From: Cenococcum geophilum
Taxonomy: Eukaryota
Direction: 5' to 3'
NCBI GenBank assembly: GCA_050273025.1
Contig: CP158636.1
Coordinates: forward strand, 7,192,001 to 7,256,000
DNA length: 64,000 nt
Shown: one piece after another, positions 1 through 15,000 of the stretch
Numbering within the stretch: the stretch's first letter is position 1
Layout: each line of letters opens with the position of its first letter
The notes under the pieces: generated by a model
Databases searched by the model: none
What the model was told of the DNA's origin: nothing
The model's input: only the letters and a program-made list of their open reading frames with translations
Made by a program: the position numbers and the translations under genes

Positions 1-224
1 GGTCTATATAGGTACTTACTACTAGTAACAATAGGTCCTCTATTATATTTATAACTAGTATATATAAAGACTCAGTCAAAAGAACAGAATCTATTGGTAG
101 CCAGTAAATAAGAATTCCAAGACGAGGACTGGAAGAAGGTCGAGAAAAGGACATGTTTATATACATGGCGCCAGGGCTCGGCTTAGCCGAGCCCCTAATT
201 AGGGTCTATAATAGTGCCGTAACA
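1..224 (-). mobile_element. LTR fragment truncated by the window edge
   Basis: Ends in ...gccgtaaca at 224 (TGTTACGG on the minus strand). Contains a TATA-like tatataaaca on the minus strand and a GGCTCGGCT/AGCCGAGCC hairpin. The other boundary is not visible. Confidence 0.55.
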
Positions 225-2679
225 GTATAAAGAAGAAGTCTTTTAGCTATAGCGAATAAGCTATTTTACTAGTCTTAATATCTGCTAGGGGCGCATTAAG
301 GGTAACTATTTAGAGGCGTTTAGAGTCGAAAATACCTTGGATAAATTGTCTAAAATAAAGGCTAATTAGTAAATCTACTTCCGTAAACCAATCCTATCTA
401 AAAACTATATTATAACAATTAAATAAGCTACCCTAAAAGGTCTAGGGGCTAATAGTACGAAGGGTACCCTAGGAGTTGCTAATAGTAACTATTAGATTAT
501 ATTACGATGACGAAGTATTATATGCAAACGCTAGATAAACAAGCATTAGATTTAAAGAATTAATAGCTATATATGGCTTTTATAGAGACTTAAGAGGATT
601 TCTAGAGAGCTTGAAAGGAATATAGCTATGGCGAATCTATATAGGGGCAATTGGGGCGGATAACTATCTACTAAGTAAATAAATAAAGGAACCCTATAAC
701 GCCAGCTATGTATATAGCGTAGTGTATAAAACGGCAGTCCCGTAATAGATTATAGGTATCTTAGATTATTATCTAGTTGCTATTAAGAAAATATATAATA
801 GACTTATATAAACATAGAGCGTAGTATATAGGTAGGTTAAACCTATAAACGACGTCTTAATTAATAAGGTTAATTTAGTACCTATGATTATATAATATAT
901 ATAGGCGGACTTTACCTAAGGGCGTATTTATTGCAATATATACTATAATACGTTTTTCCCCCTCTATATTAAGCCCTAGTTACAGTTAGAAGAGATACAC
1001 TATTAGGGCTTTAGGTTTTCCAAAAGCCGGCCTAATTTATCTTTACTAGCTTACTTTTAGTATTCTTTATAATAGCTATCTATAGGCCTCCTTTAATTTA
1101 TATATATAGTACTAGCGTCTAAGGGGACCGCTAGGCTGTCTAGCTTTTAAGTAGTCTCCCTAGGGGTTACTTAAGAAAGTATTACCCTGTTTAGGTTCTA
1201 TTCCCTAAAACTAACTCTATAAAGCCTATACTATAACTACACTTTAAACGCGTGGGTTTACTACTACCAACTATATAATCTTCTGTAAGCTTTATAGTGT
1301 TAAGCAATTACTTTATATAGCAGATTTTAGCAAAGAGGTCCTTAGCAGTTCTGTAAGGGATCTTTTAGCCCTTCCCTCCTTATCGGTTCGTCTCTCTCTA
1401 TACTTAGGCTATTGCCTACCCTTATTACTATATCGTTCTCTTCTACCAACTCTCCTTGTAACTTACGCTTGGCTTACCTACTCCCTACTATATACCCTAG
1501 CAATGTGCCTTATAAGTTCTTACCTATTTAATAAAGTTTTAACAGAAGAGCTCTGCTTATAGGTAGGCTAGGAGGTATAAGGACTAAAAATCTACCTATT
1601 ATTTAGGATTAATAAAAGAGGTATATAAGAAGCGGTCTACTAAGCTATATATACGGGCTAAGAAGACGTTAAACCTCTAGTTCTCCTTTATAAATGCCGT
1701 ATAATATATAGTAGCATTATTAAAGCGTCTTACTATAGGGTTCCTAATATACTCTTAGATTATAGTCTTAAACTTATCCTATAGTAAAGGACCTTTATTC
1801 TTAGTACCTAGCTAGTAATAAATTAGTTAAGTAATAGTCTTTTCTTTTATAAGACCTTTAATAGCCTAGCGCGTGCGTCGCTTATAGTTATAGTTAGTAT
1901 TATTAACCTTAAATTAGTTTTTAACTGCGGTAATCTACTAGTTAAAGTGCTATTAAGTAGTACTGCTAATATTAAATAGTAACTTCTTAACTAGGGCATT
2001 AAGATTTATTTAACGTATGCGTTTACCACGTAACTTATACTCTTTGCTAAAGAGGCGACGAGAGGGCTTTATTAAATTAATAATACTTTATAATCTAGCT
2101 ATTTTCTTAGCTAGCTCGTCTAGCTCCTTTATATTAGTAGTATTTAGTAAGATATTAATAATCTTGCTAATCTCCTATTAGGCCTAAGTATATAAGTTAA
2201 ACTGGTCTTTAGTATTTATAGATATCTAATTGTTTTAAGGTTTAGAAAGTAGCTTAAATTCTACTAGTATACTTCTAGTAGTTTTGTCTACACTAAATCC
2301 TAAGGCGTTTTACAGTTATATCGCTAGCGTATTACTATTGAGTATAGGCGTCGGTTTTCTTTTTAGAGGCATTATAGAAAAATTAAACCGGCTATCCTCC
2401 TAAGGGGATTAGTAAGGATTTAAATATAAAGTAAGGATATAGATAAGGAGTCTAATTAATAGAATAATAGGGTATATTATATAGATATACAAATTCTTTA
2501 AGGAAAAGGAGGAGTCTGTATATAAGATAAGAAAGGGGTTTCCTTAAATATATATAGCGTATATGCCTTATAGGCAAGTTACCCCTAGGTTATCTCTAGG
2601 TCGCCTATACCTTACAGCTATATAACTATCTACTTAGGGTTTACCTAATATTTACTCTACAGTAAAGCTTATTGCCTTA

Positions 2680-2883
2680 TTCTATCTATATACCTAGCCT
2701 ATTAATAAGTCTACTACTATAAGGCTTTATTATATAGTCCTCTCTTTATAGTAGATCTTAGAATATAATTAAAGTTAATCTATTAGGTACCTACTCTATA
2801 GTTAGAACTTATTATTATCTTTACCTATATACCTAGTCCATTAGTAAGTCTACCGTAGTATCTACTCTAAGGCTTTATTATAA
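2680..2883 (+). repeat. Two degraded 3'-end fragments of a family-B-like Gypsy LTR
   Basis: tatatacctagcctattaataagtctac...taaggctttattata and cttagaatataattaaagttaatctattagg...cctatatacctagtccattagtaagtctaccgtag match the LTR at 7735-7869. Confidence 0.65.
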
Positions 2884-3015
2884 GTTTTCTACTTTTTATT
2901 TTTATTATTTTATTATAGTCCAAAGACCCTTATTATATAGGAGGTTTAAGTTAATTATTTATTTATTTATAGACTATCTCTATATTACGGAGTAAGTATA
3001 AGGGGCGATAATATA

Positions 3016-6000
3016 TATTATGGCGCTGGCAGAAACTGGTGGATTATGGCTGATAGATATTGGTAGACTATGGCTGATAGATATTGGTAGACTATGGCTA
3101 ATAGATATTGGTAGACTATAGCGGACAGTCGTAGACAGTTTTACACAGTTTTAGACAATTGCCGTGACGTGACTAAAGGATTGTATATAACGTCGAGTGA
3201 AGCTGCCCCCGTCTCCTTTCCTTTCTCTAGCTTTAGATCCTTATTTATAGACTACCAATTATATAGGCTTGCGCGTCTCTCTTGCCGTACTTATACCTTA
3301 ATTAACTAAGTTACTAATATTATTTAAAGCTCAAACCACCCTTTTTTCCTAAGAAGGAACTTAAATATATCTATAGGACCATAAATAAGAACGGAATATA
3401 GAAGTAGACCTAAAGACTATTACTAGAACTTAAAGAACAGAAAAGAATAATAAGACCTATAGAATAAGCACAGACTAGAACCCCTATAGAATCCTACTAA
3501 AAGTTACCCTAATAATTATACCACTATGCTAAGAAATATAGTAGCTGGTAAAGCAGCTATAGAACCCTTAAATACCTCTAATGGTAAAATAGTAACTAAC
3601 TTAAACTTCTAGGAGGAGCTTATAGCAGCTAATGCCGAAATTAAATAACTTTAAGAACTGCTTAAAGCTAAAAAAAACCCTATACCTAGCGAAGAGTTAT
3701 TAGACACCTAGAGACTTGCTATAGTTTTTAAAACCCTAGCCTAATATATAGTATTAGCATTATCGCGGTCCGTAAAGGTTGCGGACCCCCTATTGCTTAT
3801 AGACGGAACTAACCCTATATTTAATAATTAGAAGCTTTAATTATAGAATAAGCTTAAAGTTAATACGGACTACTTCCCTACTACTTAGGCTAAAATGGCC
3901 TATGTTTTTAGCCGTACCGGTAGGGACGTATAAACGTACCTACGTCTATAATATATACAGGACTTAGCAGATCCCTTCCTCTCTAAAGAAGAGATAATTA
4001 TTTACCTATTTTCTATTTATAAGGACCCCTTTAAAGTATAAAACGCCTAACTTAATAATAAAAGCCTAAATATAAAAACGATAGAGACCTTCTCGGCTTT
4101 TTAGACCTGCTTTTTAGACCTAGCTAGCTAGGCTTAAATTCCCTAAAAAGATTTAATACTAGGCCTATTTAACAAGCTTACTCTAAACCTATAATAAGCT
4201 ATATTACTAGTTTTTACTACTATATAGACGCTAAAGGAACTTACGGACTAGTGCTTAGCTATTAACTAAGGCCTCCGCTAAATTAAGGTACGCGCTAAAT
4301 GGTATAAGGCTAGAAACCCTTTAAATTAGACTATAAGCAATACTAAAATGGCCTATAATGTCCTAGCACAATCGGTAACCCCTATAGTACTACCTATATA
4401 GCCCGCCGCCAATTTAGCAGCTAGCTATATAGCTAGTCCTACTATAGGTCTAGTAAATACTCGGCCTATATATAGCAACCTCTATATATAGGCCCTTAGT
4501 AATTAAGGAGCTTGCTTCTTTTATAGTTAGAAAGGCTACTATATAAAGAATTGCCTAATAAACATAAAAGTGGATAAGGTCCTATTAATCTAGGAGGATA
4601 GCGTAAAGTTAGAAAAAAAGGAACCTTAGAGGAAGACTCTCCTTTAGGGTTAAAAGGGATTAATATATTATATGTTAATCTAGGTCGGCTAGTTAGTAAA
4701 AGAAGCTGCACTATCCCTTATACTTTATTTTATAATAGATATTAAGTTTTAACCTCTGCTTTAGCTAACTCTAGAGTAAATAACTTTACCTTAATAGACA
4801 CCTAATATACCATAAAGTTAGCTAACTTTTTAAATGCACTTACTAAAGAACTACCTAAACTAATTCCTATTTATGGGTATAACGGGCAAATAAGGCTACC
4901 TATTACAACTATCTTGTGGATTTACCTTCGTATTAATAGATAAAGGTAGTATAATATCCCCTTCCTTATTACGGACCTGGAAAGCTATAATATAATCTTA
5001 AGAAGAAAATAGCTAGCCTATTTAGGCTTATAGCTTAACGTACGGAGGAGGCGGCTTATCTAGCCCGAAACCCTACCCTTAACCCCTTTTTTTATAAAAG
5101 AAATTAGTATTATAATGGAAAACCTTATACGGCCTTAGATTAATACTATTTACTAGGCAGATGCTATACGTAGGGACTAGGCCTTTAAGAAAGATATATA
5201 GCTTAACCCGTAACGGATCTGTATACTATACCGCCCCTAAACTAGCTATACTACGCCACTTGTACTAAAGACCTAGGAAGCTAGTAGTGACCTAGCTAAG
5301 TTAACTATAGAGGACTTAGGCCCTATATAGCTATAAAGGAAAGCTAGGAATATTAGACGCTATACGAAACTAATAGATAGGAAAGATAACTTATAGAAAA
5401 TAGAACGTAAGCTAAGGAAGGCTATAAACCTTATACCGCAAAATACAACTTAACAGATATCCGTAAAGAAATCAGCGGACCTCCCACTAGTTAATATTTA
5501 CTATATTAGTGCTATAGAATTCTACCAGAACTTAGTTTAGCCTAATACCGTTACCTTTACAACTAGCTTATATAAAATTAATTAAATAATTAAGGAAAAG
5601 AAAGGTAAGCTTAGCGGATAAGAAAGCGAGCTTATAGATAAGGAACTAGTAGAATAAAAGCTGCCCTATTAATACTAGAAATTTAAGGATATATTCTCTA
5701 AAGTAGCGTCTAATATACTTCCACCTTATTAACCCTATAACTATAAGATTAAGATTAAGTAGGGCAAGGAAAATATCCTTAGCTTTAGCCCCCTCTATAA
5801 GCAGTCTATTACTAAATTATAGGCCATAAAGTAGTATCTTATTAATAACCTAAATAAGGGCTTTATTGAGCCTAGCTAAGCCCCTTTTACTTTACCTATT
5901 TTCTTTATTAAAAAGCTAAATAGAGGACTCTATTTCTATATTAACTACTATAAGCTAAATAATATAACCTATAAGGACCACTATCCGCTGCCCTTACTTA

Positions 6001-9000
6001 ATAAAACTCTAGCCTAAATAAGTAGAGCTAAGGTCTTTATAAAGCTTAATATCTGCTAGGCCTTCTACTAAATTAAAATAAACCCCGGGTTTAAGGATTT
6101 TATTATATTTTAAACCTATTACGGAATATATAAATATAAAGTACTCCCTTTTAGACTAACTAATGGACCAGCTATATACTAGCGGTATATAAACAATATA
6201 CTCTTTAACTACCTTAACAACTTCTATACGGCCTATTTAGATAATATTATAATCTACTTTAAGAACGAGCTAGAATATAAGGAGTATATTTATAAAGTCC
6301 TATAACGGCTTCGCGAGGCTAGCTTCTAGGTTAATATTAAGAAGTTAAAGTTTAGTGTTAAGCGTATAAAGTACCTAGGTTTTATTATTAGTATAAACAA
6401 AATTAAAACCAACCTAGAGAAAATGGCTATAATTAACTAGTAGGCACCTCTACGGACTATAAAGGGGGTATAATTATTTTTAGGTCTTTATAACTTCTAC
6501 TAATACTTTATTAAGAACTACAACAGGATCGCCTGGCCTCTTAACTGTCTTACTAGAAAAGACTAGCCCTTCTACTTTAACGCTATATATAGGCAGGCCT
6601 TTAATAAGCTTAAAAAACGGCTAGTATCGGCTCCCCTACTTACCTATTTTAACCTAAAACGGCCCTTAATATTAGAAACTGACGCCTTAGACGGCGTAAT
6701 AGCTGGTATTTTTTTCTAGAAGTAACTGGATGGAGAATAGTACCCTATTATATATTATTTAAAGACTATAATAGATGCCAAGCTAAACTCCTATATCTAT
6801 AATAAAGAAATGCTAGCTATTATCTCTAGCTTTTAGCACTAGTGTGTATAGCTAAAGGGAACCCCTAAGCTAATTAAGGTAGTTTTAGATTATAAGGCCC
6901 TTATAGCCTAATAAGTGCGCTAGGCAGATACCCTATTTTAGTTTAACTTTTTTATTATATATAGACTAGGCGCTATAAACCGTGCGGACGCTCTTATAAG
7001 GTATAAATAAGACCTAGATAACCAGATGGCTATAAAGATCTTATTATAAACCTAGACGCTACTATAACTAGAATACCTTAATTCTTAAATATAGGCAGAA
7101 CTAAGCACAGACTCCTTAGGCGCCAAGATATATCCTATTAACTCCTCTAAACTTAACTTTATTAATAAACTACTATAGGCTAACTAAACGACCCCCTCTC
7201 TATAAGAGTACTATAAAAAGGTAAAGAACGTTACTAGCCTATAGTCCCTTAAAAACGGACTATTTAAACACTAGGAATAGCTAGTAGTAGCTAAGAAATA
7301 GAACTTACGGACCCGGCTTATTGCCAAAACCCATACCTAGGTCTCTATAGCCTACTTTAGAAAAATAAAACCTATAAAAATTATTAGTAACTGCTATTAC
7401 TGGCCTGGAATAGTTATAAATATTAACCGTTATATACGGAACTGCAATTGTTACGAACGCTTTAAGTACAATATTATAACTACTTGGAGAAGAGTTGGAG
7501 GAAGCTAGTTAGTTAATACAAATACGGTCTAGGATGGAACCCGTAGAACCATATAACGAGAAATAGTAAGCAGAGTCACGTAATGTAATCTGTATAATCT
7601 ATAGGATCTGCGAGATCTACAATAGAGTAAATAGAGCAGACAGAGCAGATAGAGCAACGACTTTCTTAGGAGTACAGTTGTGTATTTAAGGACCCTTAGT
7701 CCCTACCTAGATAGTTCCTTCCTTATAGTAATTCTTAGAATATAATTAAAGTTAATCTATTAGGCAACCACTCTACTAGTTATTATTACGTTATTAACTT
7801 ACTTATAATACCTATATACCTAGCCCATTAATAAGTCTACTGTAGTTTCTACTATAAGGCTCCGTTACATAATTACTACCACAGTTATAGTTTTAATAAG
7901 TTAAATAATATACCACTAAAAGCAGCCACTATAACGCCGTTAACGGCAGCAACTACTTTAAGGTTAAGTAGAGATATAAATATACAAGATACTAACTCAC
8001 AACTAGTTACGGTTGGGCAGTTATAGAAAATTATTAATAGGTTAAATAAGAACAACTAAATACTTAAAAAAAGATTTAATGGGATCGGAGTAGTAAAGGT
8101 TAAGTTACCTTTAATTAAATAATTCTTAGGGGAGAGATTAAAGCTTAAAGGATTCCTAACGTAAATGCATTTTAAAGTTATATAAGAAGGGGCTAAGTTA
8201 GCTATAATAATAGATTAGATAGCCTACGCAGGACTATTCCTAATGGGTTAAGCACTTAAATAGTTTAAACCCTACTTAACGGAAATATAGACTAACAGAA
8301 TAACTACTACCAATTAAGAGGTATAATTTGTGTTTTTTTAGCTAAGTAGGATTCGCGGAATAATTAATATAGATATTTAGGGACCTAGAAGCAATAACTA
8401 TAATAAAGAAAAAGCTTTAGGACCTAATATAGCGAACTTTAGTAATTAAGTACATAATATAGTTTTAAATACTTACTATATAGGTTAAATAGAACAATAA
8501 GGCGCTTATAGCATAGTATAAATAGGGACTTAAGGCTAAAGTCTAGGATGTAATTATTCTAATAAAAGATACGGATACCCTAAGAAAATTAATAGATTAA
8601 GCGATTAAGATTAATAATAGGATCTTCTAAAGAAAACAGGCTAAAAGAGGCTAGGATAGAGTTCTATAGTTATATAAGACGTAGAGTATATAACAACTAA
8701 AGCTAAATTAGAAACTATGGTATAGCGTAAAGCTAATAGACCTAAGTGGTACTAAAGAAACCTATAAGAGATAGGGAAAGCAACTATAAAAACCTAAAAG
8801 TTAAGGATTAAGTAATTATAGGACTAAGAAGTATAGGCTAAACTAAGGATCTTAATAGCGGAAGATATTTAAGCGGACTCTATAGCAAAAGTAATGGTTT
8901 AAAAACGGAGCTTATATAAATTGCGGAAAATAGGGTTATTTCGCTAAAGACTATAAAAGTAGTTAGAGTTATTACGTAGTAAAGGGAACTAGACTAATAG

Positions 9001-12000
9001 TATGTAATATATATATAGAGAGAGATAATAGTGTACTATAAGGAATAAAAGAGTATTTAATTAAAAGTTTTACGTTTTATTATAATAACGTATACTAAAT
9101 TTATAAAGACACTAAGTATAGTGTAAGCTATTAGCTATAAGAGCTAGAGTTAAGAGGACTTAAAGAAACTAAAGAGTTAGATAAAGAATAAGATTAACTC
9201 TATAAGCTAGATTAAGATATTATAGCAATATATAGATAATAATTAGTAATAATAATAATAAAGTTAGAGTACTTATTAATTAATAGTAATAAGTATAGTA
9301 AAGGAACTAACTAGGGGTATCTAAACCTTAATAACGTAATAGAAGTAGAGACTAAGACCGCTATAGAGTAAGGTTTAGTAATGGGTATTATAACACCGTT
9401 AGATACGGCATCTATTGCTTTATAAGACGGAAGGAGTAATATCTAGAGATAATTAAGCAAGCAAACGACTGCTAGTGTTAGCTTACTACTTAATAAAGAT
9501 AAAAGGCTAAAGGCTTAAGATTCTTAAAACAAGATAAGAGATAACTAAGATTCTTAAGAAGAGATAAGGTATGTTTAAGGACCTACAATAAACGTAAACC
9601 GATGGAGTAGGGTAGCAGCTTAGTTTAAAAATATATAAATAGGCTTGGGATAAGTGTTTCTAATAGCACAAAATTCTTAAAATAAGATAAGTGAGATTTA
9701 AGACTCTTAAGACGAGATAAGAATACTAGTAAAGCCTAGTTAGACTAAGGCTAGAGTACAACTTAAGAAAGAAGCAAGCTTAGGATTAAAAAATCCAAGG
9801 GGTTAAGAATTTAGAGTATAAATAAGGACACCTATAAGCAAGAAGTAAGCGGCTTTACTATAAATTAGAGAATCTGTAATATAAACAGTAGTTAGATTAA
9901 GAGATAGATATATAGACCTAGAGAACTTACTAGTTAAACAAGATATTCAGACTAAAGATTAAGAGTTTAATATTAAGATTAAGAAGTAAGAAGACTTTAA
10001 GAATCTACTTATAAAACGCGAAAAGAAAGAAACTATAGAGGAATTTAGAGTAAGAATTACCTTATAGTAAGAATAGAAACTAGATAAGAAATCTAGCACG
10101 TTAGGATGTATAAGGGATAGAGTACCTATATAAAGAATTACTAATAGACCTAAGATAGGCATACTAAGAGCTAAGTGGCTTACTAAACTAGAATAAGAAG
10201 AGGATTTAGGGATTCCTATTAGGTTTAAAGAATAATATATAAAAGGCTGTTATAACGTAGTAATAAGAAGATACTTCCTTACGGACAGACCGTATACACT
10301 CTAATAGCTGTACTAAAAGTGGTATAGGCAACGATATAATAATAAGTGGGAAGATTTCTATATATAGTTGGATAAAAAAGTTATTTAAGACCACCCAATT
10401 ACGAAAAAAGCAATAAATTATATTAAGGAAGCCTTAATTATAATATTAAAGGATCTAGAGGAACGATTAGAGGACTAAAAAAGTAAGAGGCGCGTCTTAG
10501 TACCTGTAAATAAAGTTGTAATATTTAAATTAGTGTAATAGAGGTTTAAACTTAAAGATAAAGATAAGTTAAGAGTTAATCTAAAGCACCTAGTATACTA
10601 TACGCTATTATGGATTATATATATAGATAATATATATAAAATATATAAAAATCTAAAGGAAAAGAATCGGAAATACCCTATAAGGATATACTGGATAATA
10701 GATAAATAATAGTATAAAAATGCTAAGTGTATATATAGATGGCATCCAGCAGAAGTCTAAAAGGAAGGAGATTTAATATTTTAACTAGGAAGATTCCTTA
10801 CGGAAGAATACTTAGATAGATAATAATAGTGGGAATGTCTAGAGAATACCTATCTATAGTATATTAAAGAAAAAAAGTAAATTAGGCATTGGCTAAAGAA
10901 TAAGCTAAGTATAATAGGATTAAGCAGCTAATAGTTGGGAAAAGTAGAGGCTTATAAGACTAGAGGAAGCTAGTAATAGAGCCTTAGACCCTTAAAGGAA
11001 TTTAAGGATAACACCTAAATTTAAGAGTTAAATAGTAAGATTAGTAGTTTAAAGTATTAGTAGATAGTAGAGCAATAAGGAATTATATCTTACTAGCAGT
11101 AGTTAAAAGAATAGGGCTACTACACAGGTAAAAGGAGTACTCTTATCTATTAGTAACAATTTTAGGAGATTTAATAGCTTATAGAGGAGGCATTATTAAT
11201 CTTAAAACAGGACTAATTTAGATAACTATTAAAGGGAGATAAGTTAAGATGTCTTTTAATATATTACTATTAGGGAATAATAAAGTAGTATTAGGAATAC
11301 CTTAGTTATAGGAATATAATCTAAAAATTAATTAGGTTATAGGTTAGGTTAATATTAGAGATATATAATAACGTAAGGTATAATAATAAACTAAGTTAGT
11401 ATAGTACTAAGTTAGAGCAATATATAAGAAGACTAATTAAGGATTAAGTTATATACTAAAGAAATACCACAAGTATAGTAAGAAGCTATGGTCACTAAAA
11501 AGTAAAAAGTTATTAGAGTATATAGTATAGGATTATAAGATAAAGTTAGAACTAGAAATAAGTCTAAGGTTTTACCTAACCTATAAGTTAATAGAAAAAG
11601 AGTTATAAGCACTTAAGGAGTTTATCTAAGAAAATCTTTAAAAAGGATATATTAGACTATTATAGTTATTAGCGGGATATTTAGTACTATTCGTACTAAA
11701 AAAAAATGGAAAACTTAGGCTATGTATTAACTATAGACAGTTAAATAGTATTACTAGGAAAGATAGGTATCCTTTACCCTTAATTAGTAAAATCTAAGAT
11801 AGGATTAGTAATGCGCAAATCTTTACGAAGATAGATCTAAGATAGGTATACTATTAGATTAGGATTAAGAAAGGCGATAAATAAAAGGCAGCCTTTAGGT
11901 TAAAGGAAGGACTATATAAACTACTAATTATATAATTCGGGCTTATAAACGCATTAGCAATGTTTTAGAAGCGTATTAATAATATATTAAGAGAACACTT

Positions 12001-15000
12001 AAATAAATTTGTTATAGTATATCTTAACGATATTATTATCTACTTAATAAGTAAGGAAGAATATAGAGAATATGTTAAATAGGTCTTAAAGGGACTATAG
12101 GAAAAGCAGATGCTAGTAGTAATTAAGAAATATAAGTTCTTTACTAGGAAGACGGATTTTATTAGATTTATTATTAAACTAAGCCAACTTAGTATAGATC
12201 TAAAGAAGATTAAGGCTATAGTAAATTGGTAAGAACTAGAAAATATAATATAGTTAAGGTTATTTTTAGGGTTCTGTAACTACTATAAAAGGTTTATAGC
12301 TTAATAGTTAAAGGATATTAAGCCACTTATAAGATTAATAAAGAAGGAAGAACTATAGGTATAGGGAGAGGAATAAAAGGAATTGTTTAAAAAAATTAAA
12401 TAGTTATTTACCTAGGAGCTAGTTCTTAAAATCTATTAACTATAGTTAAAGACAGTGGTTAAAACGGATGCATTAAACTATATACTAGGAGCGTGCTTTC
12501 TATAGAAATATAAAGATAGATAGCACCTAATAGTATACTATAGTTAAAAGATAACACTACTAGAACTAAACTATAACATCTATAATAAGGAGTTATTAAG
12601 TATAGTTACAGTACTAAAAAAATAGAGATTATTCTTATAAGGTATAGAAAAACTATTTATAGTTAAGACGGATTATAAAAACCTAATAGGGTTTCTAATA
12701 ATAAAAGAACTTAATTATAGATAAGTTAGATAGGCGGAGATGCTTATAGAATACTATTTTAAAATTTAGTATATTAAGGGTATAGAGAATACATAAGCAG
12801 ATGCTCTAAGTAGAAAAACTAAACTATAGAATAATAAAAAGCTATTAGGGGCTTTATTGCAAAAAGACATAGATAGATTAATTAGATATAATTATCTAAA
12901 AATTATAGCAATATAAGAAGAACAGATCCATAATTTACTAAAGAGTAATTAGATATAAAAAATCTAAGATATATAGGTAGAAGATCTAAACTTAAAGCAA
13001 TATAAAAATTAAGAAGTAATATATATACTAAGATCTATTATAAAGGAGTTTATTAAGTTATTTTATAAGGGACTAACTTAAGGATATAATGGAGCTATAG
13101 GCTTAATATTAAGACTCTAAGAGAAGTATATTATTAATAGAATTTAGGGACTAGCTAGGTAAGTTATAAAAGAATATCTAGATTACTAAAGAAATAAACC
13201 AATAAGGCATAAGCTATATAGAGAGCTATAACCTATTAAAATACTAGAGAGACTATAGGAGGTTATATTATAGGACTTTATTATTAAATTACTAAAGTTA
13301 AGAGATCTTATTACCGGATAAGATTATAACGTGATCTTAGTAATAATAGATAAGCTTATAAAGTAGGGATACTTTATAGCATATATAGAAGAAATATTAG
13401 CGGAAGATATCGCTAAAATCTATATTAAAGAAGTGTTTATAAGATATAGAGCACTAAGTAAGATTATATTAGATAGAGATCTAAGATTTATAGCAGTATT
13501 TTAGGAAGTGTTCTTAGCAAAGTAAGGAGTTTAAGCAGTAACTTCTACCGTATATTATTTATAGACAGACAGTTAAACAGAAAGATTAAATTAGACACTA
13601 GAGCAGTATCTAAGGCATTATATTAATTACGTATAGAATAATTAGGTATTACTATTACTAATTATATAGTTTATATATAATATAACACCAAAAAAAGGAA
13701 TAGGTATATTACTATTTAAGGCGAATTACGGATATAAGCTAAGGACCTTATTATTACTATATTAAGTAAAGAAGATAAATAGTATAGCTAAGTAAAGAAT
13801 AAAGAGTTTAATAAATCTTTATATAGACCTTACGGAAACAGCTAAGGTAGTATAGTAAAGGATAAAAAGGTACTATAATACTAAGAGATCTAAGGGACTA
13901 GATCTTAAGGAGGGAGATAAAGTATAGCTACTATATAAAAATTTTAAGAGTTAACAACTAAGTAAAAAGTTAGACTATGTTAGACTAGGACCTTTTAAAA
14001 TTATATAGAAATTTTTATTAGTTATACCTAAGCCAAACCTACTAGCTAGGATAAAGATCTACCCTATATAGCATATTATAATACTAAAGCTAGCACACGG
14101 GAATATTAAGCTATTAGTCTATAAAGCAGACACGTATAAAGGACAAGAGGAAAATAAATAGTAAGTTTTAAAGATTATTAGTTATAAGGACGTAGATAAT
14201 AAAATATAGTACGAAGTAAAGTAAATAGGCTATAACGAGACTACCTAGGAGCTACTAGAGAACCTAAAGAACGCTATAGGAAAGGTATAGGAGTATTAAA
14301 AAAGAAAAGGTTAGGTAATATTAATAAAGAAGAATTACTAAAGAATAAGTTACTTAAGGGGGACCTAGAAAGAGCGACTGCCGAACTACTTAGAGTTATT
14401 TCCTTCTCTATTAGAAGAGAATCTGTTTTTTTATTACTAAGTTCCTATAAACCTTATTAAATAAGTTTCTACTCCTTTAAACGAACCTTCTTATAGACAT
14501 GTTTTAAACGCTAAAGATAGGTATAAGCTAGACGCTAAGCTTTAAAAATATATGCAAACTCTTCTAAGGCATATTAGACCGCAAGCAATGCTAAAAATAG
14601 CTTACTATTAAGCTTTATAGCGGCAAATTAAATATAAGACCTTATAACAAATTACTTAGGGAACTTAGAGACTATTAAGAGTTATAGGACGCGTATACTT
14701 AATATTAGAAATTAAGCAAATATCGCAAGATAATTAAATATTTACTTTAGTGCACTCTATATAAAAAGAGGGCTGTTAAAATAAAGGATTTGCCAACGTA
14801 ATATAAACCAACCCCTCTTTTATATAACAAGAACACGGAGATAGTATTACTTCACTAAGCAACAGTATAGAAGAGACTATACGTACATAATAAAGAGTTA
14901 AAGAAGAAGAAGGTGCTTTAGGTATTATAAGCAATAATATTAACTAAATTAATTAGATAGATATTATACCTCTAGTAAACAACTTAGAGATACTAGGTAT

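Noticed and set aside
225..2580. Possible degenerate coding sequence
   Set aside because: Heavily RIPped, and I could not recognise any diagnostic motif on either strand.
9959..10394. Hydrophobic ORFs (also 29046, 29746, 31139, 31820, 39372, 49010) resembling membrane or secreted peptides
   Set aside because: They are antisense frames of RIPped retroelements; the Leu/Ile/Tyr richness is an AT-bias artefact.
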